Made by a program: the position numbers and the translations under genes. A DNA stretch of 64,000 bases. Source: Mobula hypostoma. Taxonomy: Eukaryota. A model generated the notes under the pieces. It saw only the letters and a program-made list of their open reading frames with translations. It was not told the DNA's origin and did not search any database. Where the stretch lies: positions 204,416,001 through 204,480,000 of the forward strand of contig NC_086097.1 in NCBI RefSeq assembly GCF_963921235.1. Direction: 5' to 3'. Positions 26,739-39,715 of this stretch are shown here, piece after piece. Each line of letters starts with the position of its first letter. Within the stretch, counting starts at the first letter, position 1.

Positions 26739-28899
26739 TCCGCCCATAAAACAACTTACTAGCACAATGAAAAAAAAACCCTGGACATTTTAGCCCTTGG
26801 CTTGGCATGCTTGACATAATTTGGATCTTGTGGAAAACCATGTCCTAGAGGGTTTCCTTTCTGACTGGAGGCCTGTGACTAGTGGAGTGTGGCAGGGATT
26901 GGTGCTGGGTCCATTGATGTGTGCCATCTATATCAACGATCTAAAGGATTGTGTTGTTAACTGGATGAGCAAAGTTACAGATGACACCAAGTTAGGGATT
27001 GTAGTGGACAGCAAGGAAGACTGTCATGGCTTACATAAGGATCTGAATCAGCTGGGAAATCATGTGAAAAATGGTGGATGGAATTTATTGCAGATAAGTG
27101 CGAGTGTTGTACTTCAGTTGGACCAAGCAGGGTAGGTCTTATACAGTGAACGGTAGGAAGAGTGCGGTAGAACAAAGGGACCTGGGAGTGCAGGTCCATA
27201 ATTTGTTGAAATTGTGTCACTGGTAGACAGGGTCATAAAGAAAGCTTTTGGCACATTGGCCTTCCTAAATCAAAGTATTCAATACAGGAGGTAGGATATT
27301 ATATTGATGATGTATAAGACATTGATGAGGCTTAATTTGGAGTATTGTGTGCAGTTTTGGTTACCTACCTACAGGAAAGATGCAAATAAGGTTGAAAGAG
27401 TACAGAGAAAATTTACAAGGATGTTGCCGGGTCTGGAGGGCCTGAGTTATAAGGAAAGATGGAATAGGTTAGAACTTTATTCCTTGGAATGTAGAAGATT
27501 GAGAGGTGATTTGATAGCAGTATACAAAATTATGAGGGATATAGATACAGTAAATGCAAGCAGGCTTTTTCCACTGAAGTTGGGTGGGACTACAGCCTGA
27601 GGTCATGGGTTAAGGGTGAAAGGTGAAAAGTTTAAGGGGAACAGGAGGGGAAATTCCTTGACTCAGAAGGTCATGAGAGTGTGGAATAAGCTGCCAGCAC
27701 AAGTGGTGCACGCGAGCTTGATTTCAACATTTAAAAGAAGTTTGGATAGGTGCATGGATCGTAGGGCTACAGAGGGCTTTGGTCCCGCGAGAAGGCAGTT
27801 AATGTGGTCTGGCACAAGGGGCTTGTTTCTGCGCTGTACTTTACTATGACTCTAGAATAGATTTTTTAACCTGTTGTTGAAGAAGAGATTTCGCCAAGCT
27901 CTGTAAGCTGAAAGGTAGAGGATTGCCTGGAGACCTTTCCTTGGATGTCCAAATGCTGCAATTACATTTCCTAATTTTCATGGTTATTAGCTTACCTGTA
28001 CTTTGGTTATTTGTGTTTTATTACTGGGATTGATAGCTCTATATTATAAATTTATGAGAAGGTATATAGCACCCATTTGGTATGGAGATCCTATGTTTTA
28101 TTCCACCATGATAAAGTATGAGTCACAAAGAAGTATAACCACATTTTTTTTATTCCCTTCAAGATAAGATTTTTCCCTTCGCAAAAAGCAATTATCCAGA
28201 GAGCAATAAAATTGTGATTGTTATATTCATATAATTGTGGTATCCTAGTGTGATCAGCTTCACATACCTAGCTATGTCTAAAACAGACTTCGAACAAATA
28301 CAGTAATGTGGTAATTAATGCAGAATTAATGCTCCACCTTCTGATTTTTTATTATATTTTCATCTTACAAAATGACTTTTATGCAGCTGTTGTCCATTTG
28401 CATCCTAATGCAAGTTACCTTAATTTGAATTTCAAATACAAATTTATACCATGCTCCACCAAAATGGATCTTGGTAAACCTTTAAATCAAATAAACATTC
28501 TCTTCCCCTTGATTTCCTATTGGGTAATTTCTTACTTATTAGTTTTCTAATATGGTTTACCATGTTCTCACAATGTCATAAATATAAAGTACATATTACG
28601 ACATATAAAGCATTTGAAGCTATCACTACTTGGCTGATGAATATTTCAATAAAACAGCTTCCAAGCCAAAGAGATTAGGCTACAATGTGCATGGCCTGTC
28701 ATGGATATTAACTCTCTGGGACAGGAGGCTGCCTGTGTTTCAAAAGCTTGCTTTCTGAACACCAAAGCAGCAACTCATAAGATCAAAAACAATTGTAAGT
28801 AAACTTCCAACAAATAGTTGCTTGACTTCAAGCATAAACGTGAGTCAGTCTTCAGTTCTTAAAATGTAAATGGCAAGCAATAATCAGCTTGAAGTTATA

Positions 28900-29285
28900 A
28901 CAAGGAGGATGAGAGGTGACCTGATAGAGGTGTATAAGATGATGAGGGGCATTGATCGTGTGGATAGCCAAAGGCTTTTTCCCAAGGCTGAAATACTAAC
29001 ACGAGGGGGCATAGTTTTAAAGTGCTTGGAAGTTGGTACAAGAGGGATGTTTTTCACACACACAGAGCAGTAGGTGTGTGGAATGCACTGTCAGTGAAGG
29101 TGGTAGAGGCGGATACAATAGAGTCTTTCAAGAGACTCTTAGATAGGTACATGGAGCATCAAAAAATAGAGGGCTATGTGGTAGGGAAATTCTAGGCAGT
29201 TTCTAGAGTAGGTTACATGGTCGACACAACATTGTGGGCTGAACGGCCTGTAATGTGCTGTAGATTTCTATGTTGTATGTTCTGA
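28900..29285 (+). mobile_element. CR1 3' fragment
   Basis: RRMRGDLIEVYKMMRGIDRVDSQRLFP; 3' UTR and TTCTATG-like tail. Confidence 0.9.
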
Positions 29286-29297
29286 GTACTGTCTAGA

Positions 29298-29510
29298 GAC
29301 ACGAGAAATTCTACAGATGCTGAAAATCCGAAATAACACACCTTAATGCTAGAGGAACTGAGAAGGTCAGGCAGCATCTATGGAAATGAATAAACAGTCA
29401 ATGTTTCAGGCCGAGACTCTTCTTCAGGACTGGAAAGGAAGGGGGCAAGATGGGGCCAGAGTAAGGGGTAGGGGAGGGGAGGAGGATAGCTGGAAGCCAA
29501 GTGGGTAGGA
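29298..29510 (-). mobile_element. Penelope pLTR fragment
   Basis: GAGGAACTGAG..GGCAGCATCTATGG..GTTTCAGGCCGAGACTCTTCTTCAGGACTG, a degenerate hammerhead on minus. Confidence 0.8.
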
Positions 29511-30259
29511 AATAGTCTATACATCAGCTTTGTAAACATGCTCTTTAATTAGTGGTTTTGTCTGTTAGAGGTAAGATGTAGCTCACTGCACATGGTATAT
29601 TGCTGTTGAGAGTAAAATGTATGACAACGGGTTGTTTAATTTGGATTGGTTCAAGCAGAGAAACTGACTCTAAGTTGTTCCATTCAAAGCAGCATGCAGA
29701 CCAGATGGATATCATTTAGCATATCAAATAATAGTTTTTATAATTGGAAGGTTTATGGACTCAGGAAGTTAGCTTCAGAGCATTAATGGTGGGAGAAGAG
29801 ATCTACAGTATATAACCAAGATGCTTCAAAGCTACCAGTGTGAAAAAGGGTTTCTGAGGAAATATCAACATTGTGTGAAGTCATCCAAGTGCAGAAAATG
29901 GGTATAAATGTAAAGAGGTTTAGGGTAATTAGGAGAGTTTGAAGAACATCAAGAAAGGTGAAAGAAACATGGGGCGAACTTGAATCCAATCCTCTAGCTT
30001 CAATTTCTGTGATGACTTGTTTGTTCGCCTGCATAATTTATATGTGTTTTTAGTTTATAAGAATTTTACCTTTGTTTTGGAAATGCTCCGTGCTTCAGAA
30101 ACGGTTCGTAATTTGGAAATATTTTATGATAAAAATTCTCTGTGTTTTAAATGTGCTTTAGGAATATTGTTTGGATTTAAATGTGTCTAATACCCTGGGA
30201 AAGATTTCACTGCTAATGTAATGGTTTTTCTGTAGCAGCAGTGTTTGGGTTATGGGCGC

Positions 30260-31450
30260 TGATGTAACGGCAGTGAAACTGCCTGGTATTTTTGGGACCC
30301 CAGGAGAGGGGGGGACATGGACTGTCCATACTTTCCACAGGAGGAGAGTGTAGGTGAATTGGCTAAATCGTAAGTTGTGTCTCCTGTAGCTGGGGGCGGA
30401 GACTTCAAAAACAGTGTTCTCTCATTTCTGAAGGAGTGGTCTGATTTGGAATGTCTAATGAATCCCCATCCCCCAGTGAAGAGTGAGATTTATGAGTTAG
30501 TATCTGACTTTACCTCTCTGGTGAATAAATGGAAAAATGCCCGGGTCCAAAGTTCCAGCTATTGTAGGCTCCGCCTATTCTCAGGAATGAAGCCCACCCC
30601 TGATGAGGAAGAGGAGTATGAGACTTGGGCGGAGCAGACCTCTCAGTTGTTAGATGAGTGGCAGTGCTCTGATGATGTAAAACGACAGTGATTGGTTGAA
30701 AGATTGAGTGGGTGGGCTGCAGATGTAGTAAGAACCATAAAGGCACAGAAACCCCTTACCATTTCTTCAGCCTGCATGCAAGCACTAGAGAAGGTGTTTG
30801 GTGCGATGGGAAGCCTAATGGAGCTCATGATGAGGTTTCAGGACATGAGTCAGGAGAAAGGGGAGAAGCTTTCTGCCCACATCTTTCAGCTAGAGATGCA
30901 GCTAAATTGCTTGTGACGCTGAGGGGCCATTCAGACAGCTGAGGTGGATCAGTTAAATATGGACCAAATAGCGAAAGGCGTCTGGACCCAGAACCTGATT
31001 GCTTCGGGTCTCCAACTGTGTCATGAGATGCACCCTCTCCCTCACATGTTGAGCTGATCAGAGGAGGAGAATACGTCAGAGACACGGGAGGCCTCCTTCA
31101 GCAGGGTACAGTCCTCAGTAATGATCCCCTGTGGTGAAGTGACCACGGATAGCCTGCCCCGGGGAGTGGTAGAGGAGACTGTGGCAGAGTTGAGAACTGA
31201 GATGTCCCGGTTGTTATCAGTAGGTGTGACCCCCTCCCCCCACCATATGATGGAGCTGATAGGGAGGCGGATCCTCTAAGGGGCTGGACTATGCAGAGGG
31301 CTGCTAGTAGCTGGTGTCACGCGAGAAAGGGAGTGGCCGGTATTGTCTATTATAACTATGGTGAAGTGGGACACTTCAGAAAGCAGTATGAACGACGGGA
31401 AACCCCTCGAAGAGTGAGCCCCCGCGTACCTAAGCAGAGGGAGTAGGGAA
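30260..31450 (+). pseudogene. gag: Disrupted PNMA-family-like gag with decayed CCHC knuckle
   Basis: YCRLRLFSG..P...EEEYETW.EQ....DEWQCSDDVKRQ*LVERLSG.AADVV; knuckle relic YYNYGEVGHFRKQY near 31345-31390. Confidence 0.8.
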
Positions 31451-31543
31451 AACTTAAATGATACTCAGTAAGGGGATGGCCTGGCGTATCAGGGGCAAAC
31501 ACCTTCCCAGCAATATATCAAGTAACACCCTAAAACCCTAAAC

Positions 31544-32329
31544 CTTCGTCTGGTCAGGGAGAGCGAGGAAGTGATAGAGAGGAGTGGAAGGCAGGTGGTC
31601 ACGCCGGGGCCACGGGAGGCAGACAAGTGGGTCACGGTTAGGAGGGGGAAGGGGAAAAGGCAGGTGATGGGGAGTACCCCGGTGGCTGTGCCCCTTAACA
31701 ACAGGTACTCCTGTTTGAGTACTGTTGGGGGGGACAGCTTACCCGGGGGAAGCGACAGTGGCCGTGCCTCCGGCACAGAGTCTGGCCCTGTAGCTCAGAA
31801 GGGTAGGACAAGGAAGAGGAGGGCAGTTGTGATAGGGGACTCGATAGTAAGGGGGTCAGATAGGCGATTCTGTGGACGCAGTCCAGAGACCCGGATGGTA
31901 GTTTGCCTCCTTGGTGCCAGGGTCCGGGATATTTCTGATCGTGTCCAAGATATCCTGAAGTGGGAGGGTGAGGAGCCAGAGGTCGTGGTACATATAGGTA
32001 CCAATGACATAGGTAGGAAAAGGGATGAGGTCCTGAAAGGAGAATATAGGGAGCTAGGAAGGGAGTTGAGAAAAAGGACCGCAAAGGCAGTAATCTCGGG
32101 ATTACTGCCTGTGCCACGTGACAGTGAGAGTAGGAATGCGATGAGGTGGAGGATAAATGCGTGGCTGAGGGATTGGAGCAGGGGGCAGGGATTCAAGTTT
32201 TTGGATCATTGGGACCTCTTTTGGTGCAGGCATGACCTGTACAAAAAGGACGGGTTACACTTGAATCCTAGGGGGACCAATATCCTGGCGGGGAGATTAG
32301 CGGGGGCTACTGAGGTGACTTTAAACTAG
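31544..32329 (+). CDS. CR1 ORF1 (SGNH/GDSL esterase domain), 5'-truncated but open
   Basis: VIGDSIVRG, HIGTNDI and DGLHLN esterase blocks. Confidence 0.85.
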   Translation, partial: LRLVRESEEVIERSGRQVVTPGPREADKWVTVRRGKGKRQVMGSTPVAVPLNNRYSCLSTVGGDSLPGGSDSGRASGTESGPVAQKGRTRKRRAVVIGDSIVRGSDRRFCGRSPETRMVVCLLGARVRDISDRVQDILKWEGEEPEVVVHIGTNDIGRKRDEVLKGEYRELGRELRKRTAKAVISGLLPVPRDSESRNAMRWRINAWLRDWSRGQGFKFLDHWDLFWCRHDLYKKDGLHLNPRGTNILAGRLAGATEVTLN

Positions 32330-32334
32330 AATGG

Positions 32335-35300
32335 TTGGGGGGTGGGAATCAAATTAAAGAGGCTAGGCGTGAGGAGGTTAGTTCACAACAGAGGGATGGG
32401 AACCAGTGCAGAGAGACAGAGGGGTGTAAAGTGAGCGTAGAAGCAAAAAGTACAAAGGAGAAAAGTAAAAGTGGCAGGCCGACAAATCCAGGGCAAGCAT
32501 TAAAAAGGGCCACTTTTCAACATAATTGTACAAGGGCTAAGAGAGTTGTAAAAGAGCGCCTGAAGGCTTTATGTATCAATGCAAGGAGCATTCGTAATAA
32601 GGTGGATGAATTGAAAGTGCAGATTGTTATTAATGATTATGATATAGTTGGGATCACAGAGACATGGCTCCAGGGTGACCAGGGATGGGAGCTCAACGTT
32701 CAGGGATATTCAATATTCAGGAGGGATAGACATGAAGGAAGGGGAGGTGGGGTGGCATTGCTGGTTAAAGAAGAGATTAACGCAATAGAAAGGAAGGACA
32801 TAAGCCGGGAAGATGTGGAATCGATATGGGTAGAGCTGCATAACACTAAGGGGCAGAAGACGCTGGTGGGAGTTGTGTACAGGCCACCTAACAGTAGTAG
32901 TGAGGTCGGAGATGGTATTAAACAGGAAATTAGAAATGTGTGCAATAAAGGAACAGCAGTTATAATGGGTGACTTCAATCTACATGTAGACTGGGTGAAC
33001 CAAATTGGTAAAGGTGCTGAGGAAGAGGATTTCTTGGAATGTATGCGGGATGGTTTTTTGAACCAACATGTCGAGGAACCAACTAGAGAGCAGGCTATTC
33101 TGGACTGGGTTTTGAGCAATGAGGAAGGGTTAATTAGCGATCTTGTCGTGAGAGGCCCCTTGTGTAAGAGTGACCATAATATGGTGGAATTCTTCATTAA
33201 TATGGAGAGTGACATAGTTAATTCAGAAACAAAGGTTCTGAACTTAAAGAGGGGTAACTTTGAAGGTATGAGACGTGAATTAGCTAAGATAGACTGGCAA
33301 ATGACACTTAAAGGATTGACGGTGGATATGCAATGGCAAGCATTTATAGGTTGCATGGATGAACTACAACAATTGTTCATCCCAGTTTGGCAAAAGAATA
33401 AATCAAGGAAGGTTGTGCACCCGTGGCTGACAAGAGAAATTAGGGATAGTATCAATTCCAAAGAAGTAGCATACAAATTAGCCAGAGAAAGTGGCTCACC
33501 TGAGGACTGGGAGAAATTCAGAGTTCAGCAGAGGAGGACAAAGGGCTTAATTAGGAAGGGGAAAAAAGATTATGAGAGAAAACTGGCAGGGAACATAAAA
33601 ACTGACTGTAAAAGCTTTTATAGATATGTAAAAAGGAAAAGACTGGTAAAGACAAATGTAGGTCCCCTGCAGACAGAAACAGGTGAATTGATTATGGGGA
33701 GCAAGGACATGGCAGACCAATTGAATAATTACTTTGGTTCTGTCTTCACTAAGGAGGACATAAATAATCTTCCAGAAATAGTAAGGGACAGAGGGTCCAG
33801 TGAGATGGAGGAACTGAGTGAAATACATGTTAGTAGGGAAGTGGTGTTAGGTAAATTGAAGGGATTGAAGGCAGATAAATCCCCAGGGCCAGATGGTCTG
33901 CATCCTTGAGTGCTTAAGGAAGTAGCCCAAGAAATACTGGATGCATTAGTGATAATTTTTCAAAACTCGTTAGATTCTGGACTAGTTCCTGAGGATTGGA
34001 GGGTGGCTAATGTAACCCCAATTTTTAAAAAAGGAGGGAGAGAGAAACCGGGGAATTATAGACCGGTTAGCCTAACGTCGGTGGTGGGGAAACTGCTGGA
34101 GTCAGTTATCAAGGATGTGATAACAGCACATTTGGAAAGCGGAGAAATGATCGGACAAAGTCAGCATGGATTTGTGAAAGAAAAATCATGTCTGACGAAT
34201 CTCATAGAATTTTTTGAGGATGTAACTAGTAGAGTGGATAGGGGAGAACCAGTGGATGTGGTATATTTGGATTTTCAGAAGGCTTTTGACAAGGTCCCAC
34301 ACAGGAGATTAGTGTGCAAACTTAAAGCACACGGTATTGGGGGTAAGGTATTGGTGTGGGTGGAGAATTGGTTAGCAGACAGGAAGCAAAGAGTGGGAAT
34401 AAACGGGACCTTTTCAGAATGGTAGGCGGTGACTAGTGGGGTACCGCAAGGCTCAGTGCTGGGACCCCAGTTGTTTACGATATATATTAATGACTTGGAT
34501 GAGGGAATTAAATGCAGCATCTCCAAGTTTGCGGATGACACGAAGCTGGGCGGCAGTGTTAGCAGTGAGGAGGATGCTAAGAGGATGCAGGGTGACTTGG
34601 ATAGGTTGGGTGAGTGGGCAAACTCATGGCAGATGCAATTTAATGTGGATAAATGTGAAGTTATCCACTTTGGTGGCAAAAATAGGAAAACAGATTATTA
34701 TCTGAATGGTGGCCGATTAGGAAAAGGGGAGGTGCAACGAGACCTGGGTGTCATTATACACCAGTCATTGAAAGTGGGCATGCAGGTACAGCAGGCGGTG
34801 AAAAAGGCGAATGGTACGCTGGCATTTATAGCGAGAGGATTCGAGTACAGGAGCAGGGAGGTACTACTGCAGTTGTACAAGGCCTTGGTGAGACCACACC
34901 TGGAGTATTGTGTGCAGTTTTGGTCCCCTAATCTGAGGAAAGACATCTTTGCCATAGAGGGAGTACAAAGAAGGTTCACCAGATTGATTCCTGGGATGGC
35001 AGGACTTTCATATGAAGAAAGACTGGATGAACTGGGCTTGTACTCGTTGGAATTTAGAAGATTGAGGGGGGATCTGATTGAAACGTATAAGATCCTAAAG
35101 GGATTGGACAGGCTAGATGCAGGAAGATTGTTCCCGATGTTGGGGAAGTCCAGAACGAGGGGTCACAGTTTGAGGATAGAGGGGAAGCCTTTTAGGACCG
35201 AGATTAGGAAAAACTTCTTCACACAGAGAGTGGTGAATCTGTGGAATTCTCTGCCACAGCAAACTGTTGAGGCCAGTTCATTGGCTATGTTTAAGAGGGA

Positions 35301-35367
35301 GTTAGATATGGCCCTTGTGGCTACAGGGGTCAAGGGGTATGGAGGGAAGGCTGGGGCGGGGTTCTGA
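32335..35367 (+). pseudogene. CR1 ORF2 (APE endonuclease + RT), single frame with two premature stops
   Basis: NARSIRNK, GITETW, YRPP, MGDFN, SDH, DFQKAFDKV, GVPQGSVLGP, FADD; stops TGA 33907-33909 and TAG 34423-34425; the three ORF pieces share one frame. Confidence 0.95.
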
Positions 35368-37571
35368 GTTGGATGATCAGCCATGATCATAATAAATGGC
35401 GGTGCAGGCTCGAAGGGCCGAATGGCCTACTCCTGCACCTATTTTCTATGTTTCTATGTTTCTATGTTTCTAAAATACCATATTCCGGAAGGTTAGTGGG
35501 GCCAAGCTCCAGTATATCACTAGAGATAGAGGGTACTTATGCTACAGCCATACTTTACACAGGGTCGCAGGTCACTTTGTTGTACCATTCATTTTACAAC
35601 CAGTATTCGACGCATTTACCATTGACACCATTCAGTGTACTAGAGATCTGGAGTCTTAGTGCAGAAGATTATCCATATGATGGTTAATTGTCAGTGAAGC
35701 TGGAGTTTTTGGAGGCCGACGTGGGAGTGACTGAGGCCCTAGATACATTATTGCTGGCTTGTCCAGACCCCATTGAGAAGGGTGATGTTTCAATTCTTGT
35801 GGGGACCAACACCCCTCTTGTGAGGAGGCTCATAAGAGCCTGGAAGGAGAAAGCTGGAGAGAGCTTCCTGAGAACATTGTCCGTTCGCCCGGTGTTTCGA
35901 GCTGCTTTTGAGGAAGTGTGTGGCTGCGCTGGGCTGGATAACGAGTTTAGATGAGGGACTGTGTGGTTCACTCAGTCCAAGCCAATCGTATCACAGCCCG
36001 GAGAAATAGTGAGAGTAATGGGAAACCCCAAATTTCCTGGAATGTCCGGAAGACCACGAAGAGGAGTCGGGAGTGCCTGCTGGGGTGGGGGGTGGGGTGG
36101 GGTGGTTACTAGTGAGGCCTGAGCTGCAGAAGCCCTTGGTTGTACAGGCGAACAGGATGGCGATGGTTGTCAGGAACACTATGAAGAGGGAGGTCACCTT
36201 CAAGCGGGGGATGCCCCCAGAGCATCTTTTCTCAGTGATGGTAATGTCTAATGTCTCTGTGAGACAAGCTGGGCAGAAACTATCTGAAAAAGGGGGAAAG
36301 TTGATTACTGAGTCATTCAATTTTGGGGAGTCCCTGGTACCTGCGGATTGGAAGAGGAGGTTGGTAGAGAAGATGTTGAAGCTGGAAGGTGTCTTTTCCA
36401 CTGATGAGTTTGATGTGGGTTGTTCCAAGAGCACTTGTCACACTATCTGGGTGATAATGGACACCCCATTCTGAGAGAGGTTGCGGCAACTGGCCCCTGA
36501 AGAGGTAGAAGACGATCGGTAGCATTTGTTTAAGTTGAAGGAAGCTGGGATCATCCCTGAGCACAGAAGCCACTATGCATCCCCAGTAATAGTGGAAGAA
36601 GAGTGGGAAGGTACGGATGTGAGTGGACTATAGGACTCTGAGTAGATGTACTGTCCTTGACCAGTATATGCTCCCAAGGATCGAAGACACGCTGGCCTGT
36701 CTGAGTGGTGTGAAGTGGTTCAGTGTGCTGGACTTGAGGAGTGGATATTACCAGATCCCCATGAGTGAGGTTAACAAGGAGAAGACAGCATTTATATGTT
36801 CCCTGGAATTCTTCCAGTTCAGAAGGATGCCCCGGGGCATGTTATGAGCCCCTGCAACTTTCCAGTTGGGGTTATGAACTTGCTTGAGGTATTAGTGAAT
36901 CTGGATGACCTCACAGTGTTTGGGTCCACCTTGGAGGAACATGAAGCGAGGTGCTGGACCGCTTGAAAGCTGAAGGGTTAAAACTTTCCCTGGACAAGTG
37001 CCAGTTCTGCAAGACGTCTGTCAGTTACGTTGGACACATAGTCTCCACAGGATGGGATAGCTACAGATCTGTTTAAGATAGAGTTGATGACCACATGGAC
37101 AAGGCCCCAGACTGTGACCACTTTGCACTCGTTCCTTGGGTTCTGTGGGTATTACTAAAGGTTCGTGAAGGGCTATATGAAAGTGAGTCACCCTTTAAAT
37201 CAGCTTCTGTGTGGTTACATTCCCTAGGGGAAGAAAGGGAGGAGGACAAAAGGAGAGGAGGTTAAAGGGTATTTTAGCCCTTCGGAGCTTTTGGACTGAG
37301 GTGGGATGCAAAATGTGAAGAGGCTTTTCAGTCGCTGAAAGAGATGCTGACCCAGGCACCAGTACTGGCTTTTGCAGACTCCCGATTGCCATGTGTACTG
37401 CATACAGATGCCAGCAGAGAGGGCTTAGGGGGTGTCCTGTATCAGGATCAGGGCAGTGGGTTGAGACCTGTTGCATTTGTCAGCCAGAGTCTATCGCCCT
37501 CTGAGAAAAACTATCCCATGCACAAGGTGGAGTTTCTGGCGTTGAAATGGGCAGTGGTGGATAAAAGTTGA

Positions 37572-38585
37572 GTGCCTCGTAGTGTGCCTCAGGGATCTGT
37601 TCTGGGACCCTTACTCTTCCTGATTTTTATAAATGACCTGGATGAGGAAGTGGAGGGATGGGTTAGTAAGTTTGCTGATGACACAAAGGTTGGAGGTGTT
37701 GTGGATAGTGTGGAGGGCTGTCAGAGGTTACAGCAGGACATTGATAAGATGCAAAACTGGGCTGAGAAGTGGTAGATGGAGTTCAATCCAGATAAGTGTG
37801 AAGTGGTTCATTTTGGTAGGTCAAATATGATGGCAGAATATAGTATTAATGGTAAGACTCTTGGCAGTGTGGAGGATCAGAGGGATCTTGAGGTCTAAGT
37901 CCATAGGACACTCAAAGCAGCTACGTAGGTTGACTCTGTGGTTAAGAAGGCATACGGTGTATTGGCCTTCATTAATCGTGGAATTGAATTTAGGAGCTGA
38001 GAGGTAATGTTGCTGCTATATAGGACCCTGGTCAGACCCCACTTGGAGTACTGTGCTCAGTTCTGGTTGCCTCGCTACAGGAAGGATGTGGAAGCCATAG
38101 AAATGGTGCAAAGAAGATTTACAAGAATGTTGCCTGGATTAGGGAGCATGCCTTATGAAAACAGGTTGAGTGAACTCGGTCTTTTCTCCTTGGAGTAACG
38201 GAGGATGAGAGGTGACCTGATAGGGGTGTAGAAGATGATGAGAGGCATTGATCGTGTGGATATCAGAGGCTTTTTCCCAGGGCTGAAATGGTTGCTACAA
38301 GAAGACACAGGTTTAAGGTGCTGGGGAGTTGGTACAGAGGAGATGTCAGGGGTAAGTTTTTTACTCAGAGAGTGGTGAGTGCATGGAATGGGCTGCCGGC
38401 AACAGTGGTGGAGGTGGAAACGATAGGGTCTTTTAAGAGAATTTTGGATGGGTACATGGAGCTTAGAAAAATAGAGGGCTATGGGTAAGTCTAGTAATTT
38501 CTAAGGTAGGGACATGTTCAGCACAACCTTGTGGGCTGAAGGGCCTGTATTGTGCTGTAGGTTTTCTATGTTTCTATGTTTCTAT
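37572..38585 (+). mobile_element. CR1 3' part nested in the Gypsy RNase H region
   Basis: SVPQGSVLGP..FADD; (TTTCTATG)n tail; Gypsy RNase H resumes with YLYGAKFEVR. Confidence 0.93.
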
Positions 38586-39146
38586 CTCTATGGTGCCAAG
38601 TTTGAGGTGAGGATGGACAACTTATATCCTGACTTCGGTGAAACTGGATGCCTCAGGCCATCAGTGGATGAGGAAATGGGGGTGTGGTATATGCTGTCTT
38701 TTGCTAACTCCCCACTGATTGAAGAAGGGATTCCCAACCTTTCTCATGCTGAGTCAGGTGAAATTGGGGGGGTTATCTGTGGACAGCCTGGGTTTCAGCA
38801 GGACCTTGCAAGGGATGAAGCAGGGCTCAGTCAAGGGACAGAGGGGTTCGAGTTGCAGGAGGGCACGAGTGATAGACTGGGGGAGGCCACGCCAGGTAGA
38901 CCAGAAGTATCCCCAGTAGTGTTGGAATCTGAAGAAGTAGATGAGGGGGTATGAAGGTCTCAAAGAATCAGGAGACCACCGGATAGGCTGGCCTATGTAG
39001 CACTGAGGGAACAGAGTGTGGCCTCTGCTGTTTTGGGGAGCTGTGTCACTGCCTTTTACACCTGGGTTGGACTATGTGGTTTGCATGAAGGGTTGGCAAA
39101 TTATCTCAATGTCATGAGGACATGACTAAATTTGGTGGGGAGAGAG

Positions 39147-39715
39147 TGTAACACCCTGGGAAAGGTTTCACTGCTGATGTATTGGTTTTTCTGTAGAAGC
39201 AGTGTTTGGATTATGGCTAGAGAAAATGGGGGCTTTGGAATGTGCGCCCTTCAATGAAGGGAGTGCTTTTTTCCCCCTTGTTGTGTGCCTGAAAGTGAGG
39301 TAATCTGGGTCTTTTGTTCGGCGGAAGTTGGAGAGAGAAGATGAAGTCGTAAACACCAGAAAGAAGTGGACTTGGAGTGGGGCCGGGAGTTGACAAAGCC
39401 TGGGGAAATCGATGGAGGACCAGCGGAAGGGAAACTGTGAGCTCCAACTTGTGCATATTAGACATATTAGACTGTTTCATTAAAATGAGCCTTTTCTTTT
39501 TGTTTTACTTTACTAACCCTTTAGTCAAATTAATTATAAAGCTAACTTGTTTAATTGCATATGGTGTACTGCTTGTTATTTCGTGGTACTGATTTGTAAC
39601 ACATCACGCAGCATCCACACAAACAAGGGGTTTTGGACCTTCAATCTCACATGTTTGGTGGGGCCAGAGATTGTCTTCCCTAGACTTACACAGCCGACAG
39701 AACCCGAGGGTTACA
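39147..39715 (+). repeat. 3' LTR (569 bp) of the PNMA-gag Gypsy
   Basis: TGTAAC...GTTACA termini, upstream PPT, downstream TSD. Confidence 0.9.

Larger units (their letters stand above)
23870..27855 (+). mobile_element. Older CR1 with 5' end and internal deletions, interrupted by a young CR1 and a hAT relic
   Basis: ORF1 start MPGRIVECSSCKTW..YTCEKCIQLQLL..ELE (zinc finger/leucine zipper) at 24108; ORF1 resumes at ~25056; endonuclease remnants 25240-25970; RT 26845-27800. Confidence 0.8.
31536..35469 (+). mobile_element. Near-intact young CR1 LINE, truncated only at the ORF1 N-terminus
   Basis: ORF1 and ORF2 in tandem; (TTTCTATG)n tail; TSD CTAAAA at 31530-31535 and 35470-35475. Confidence 0.97.
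30186..39715 (+). mobile_element. Ty3/Gypsy LTR retrotransposon with PNMA-like gag; 5' LTR mostly deleted, integrase core deleted, two nested CR1s
   Basis: 5' LTR stub 30186-~30255 matches start of 3' LTR 39147-39715 (TGTAAC...GTTACA); PPT GGTGGGGAGAGAG; TGTG TSD at 30182-30185 and 39716-39719; protease AILYTGSQVT, RT DYRTL/LDLRSGYYQI/NLDD, RNase H LHTDAS. Confidence 0.92.

Noticed and set aside
30377..30916. Domesticated PNMA gene
   Set aside because: Multiple stops, and it lies between LTR termini upstream of a decayed pol.
33907..34425. Programmed readthrough or selenocysteine in CR1 ORF2
   Set aside because: Both stops are explained by single substitutions at Arg/Gln-type codons in a dead copy.
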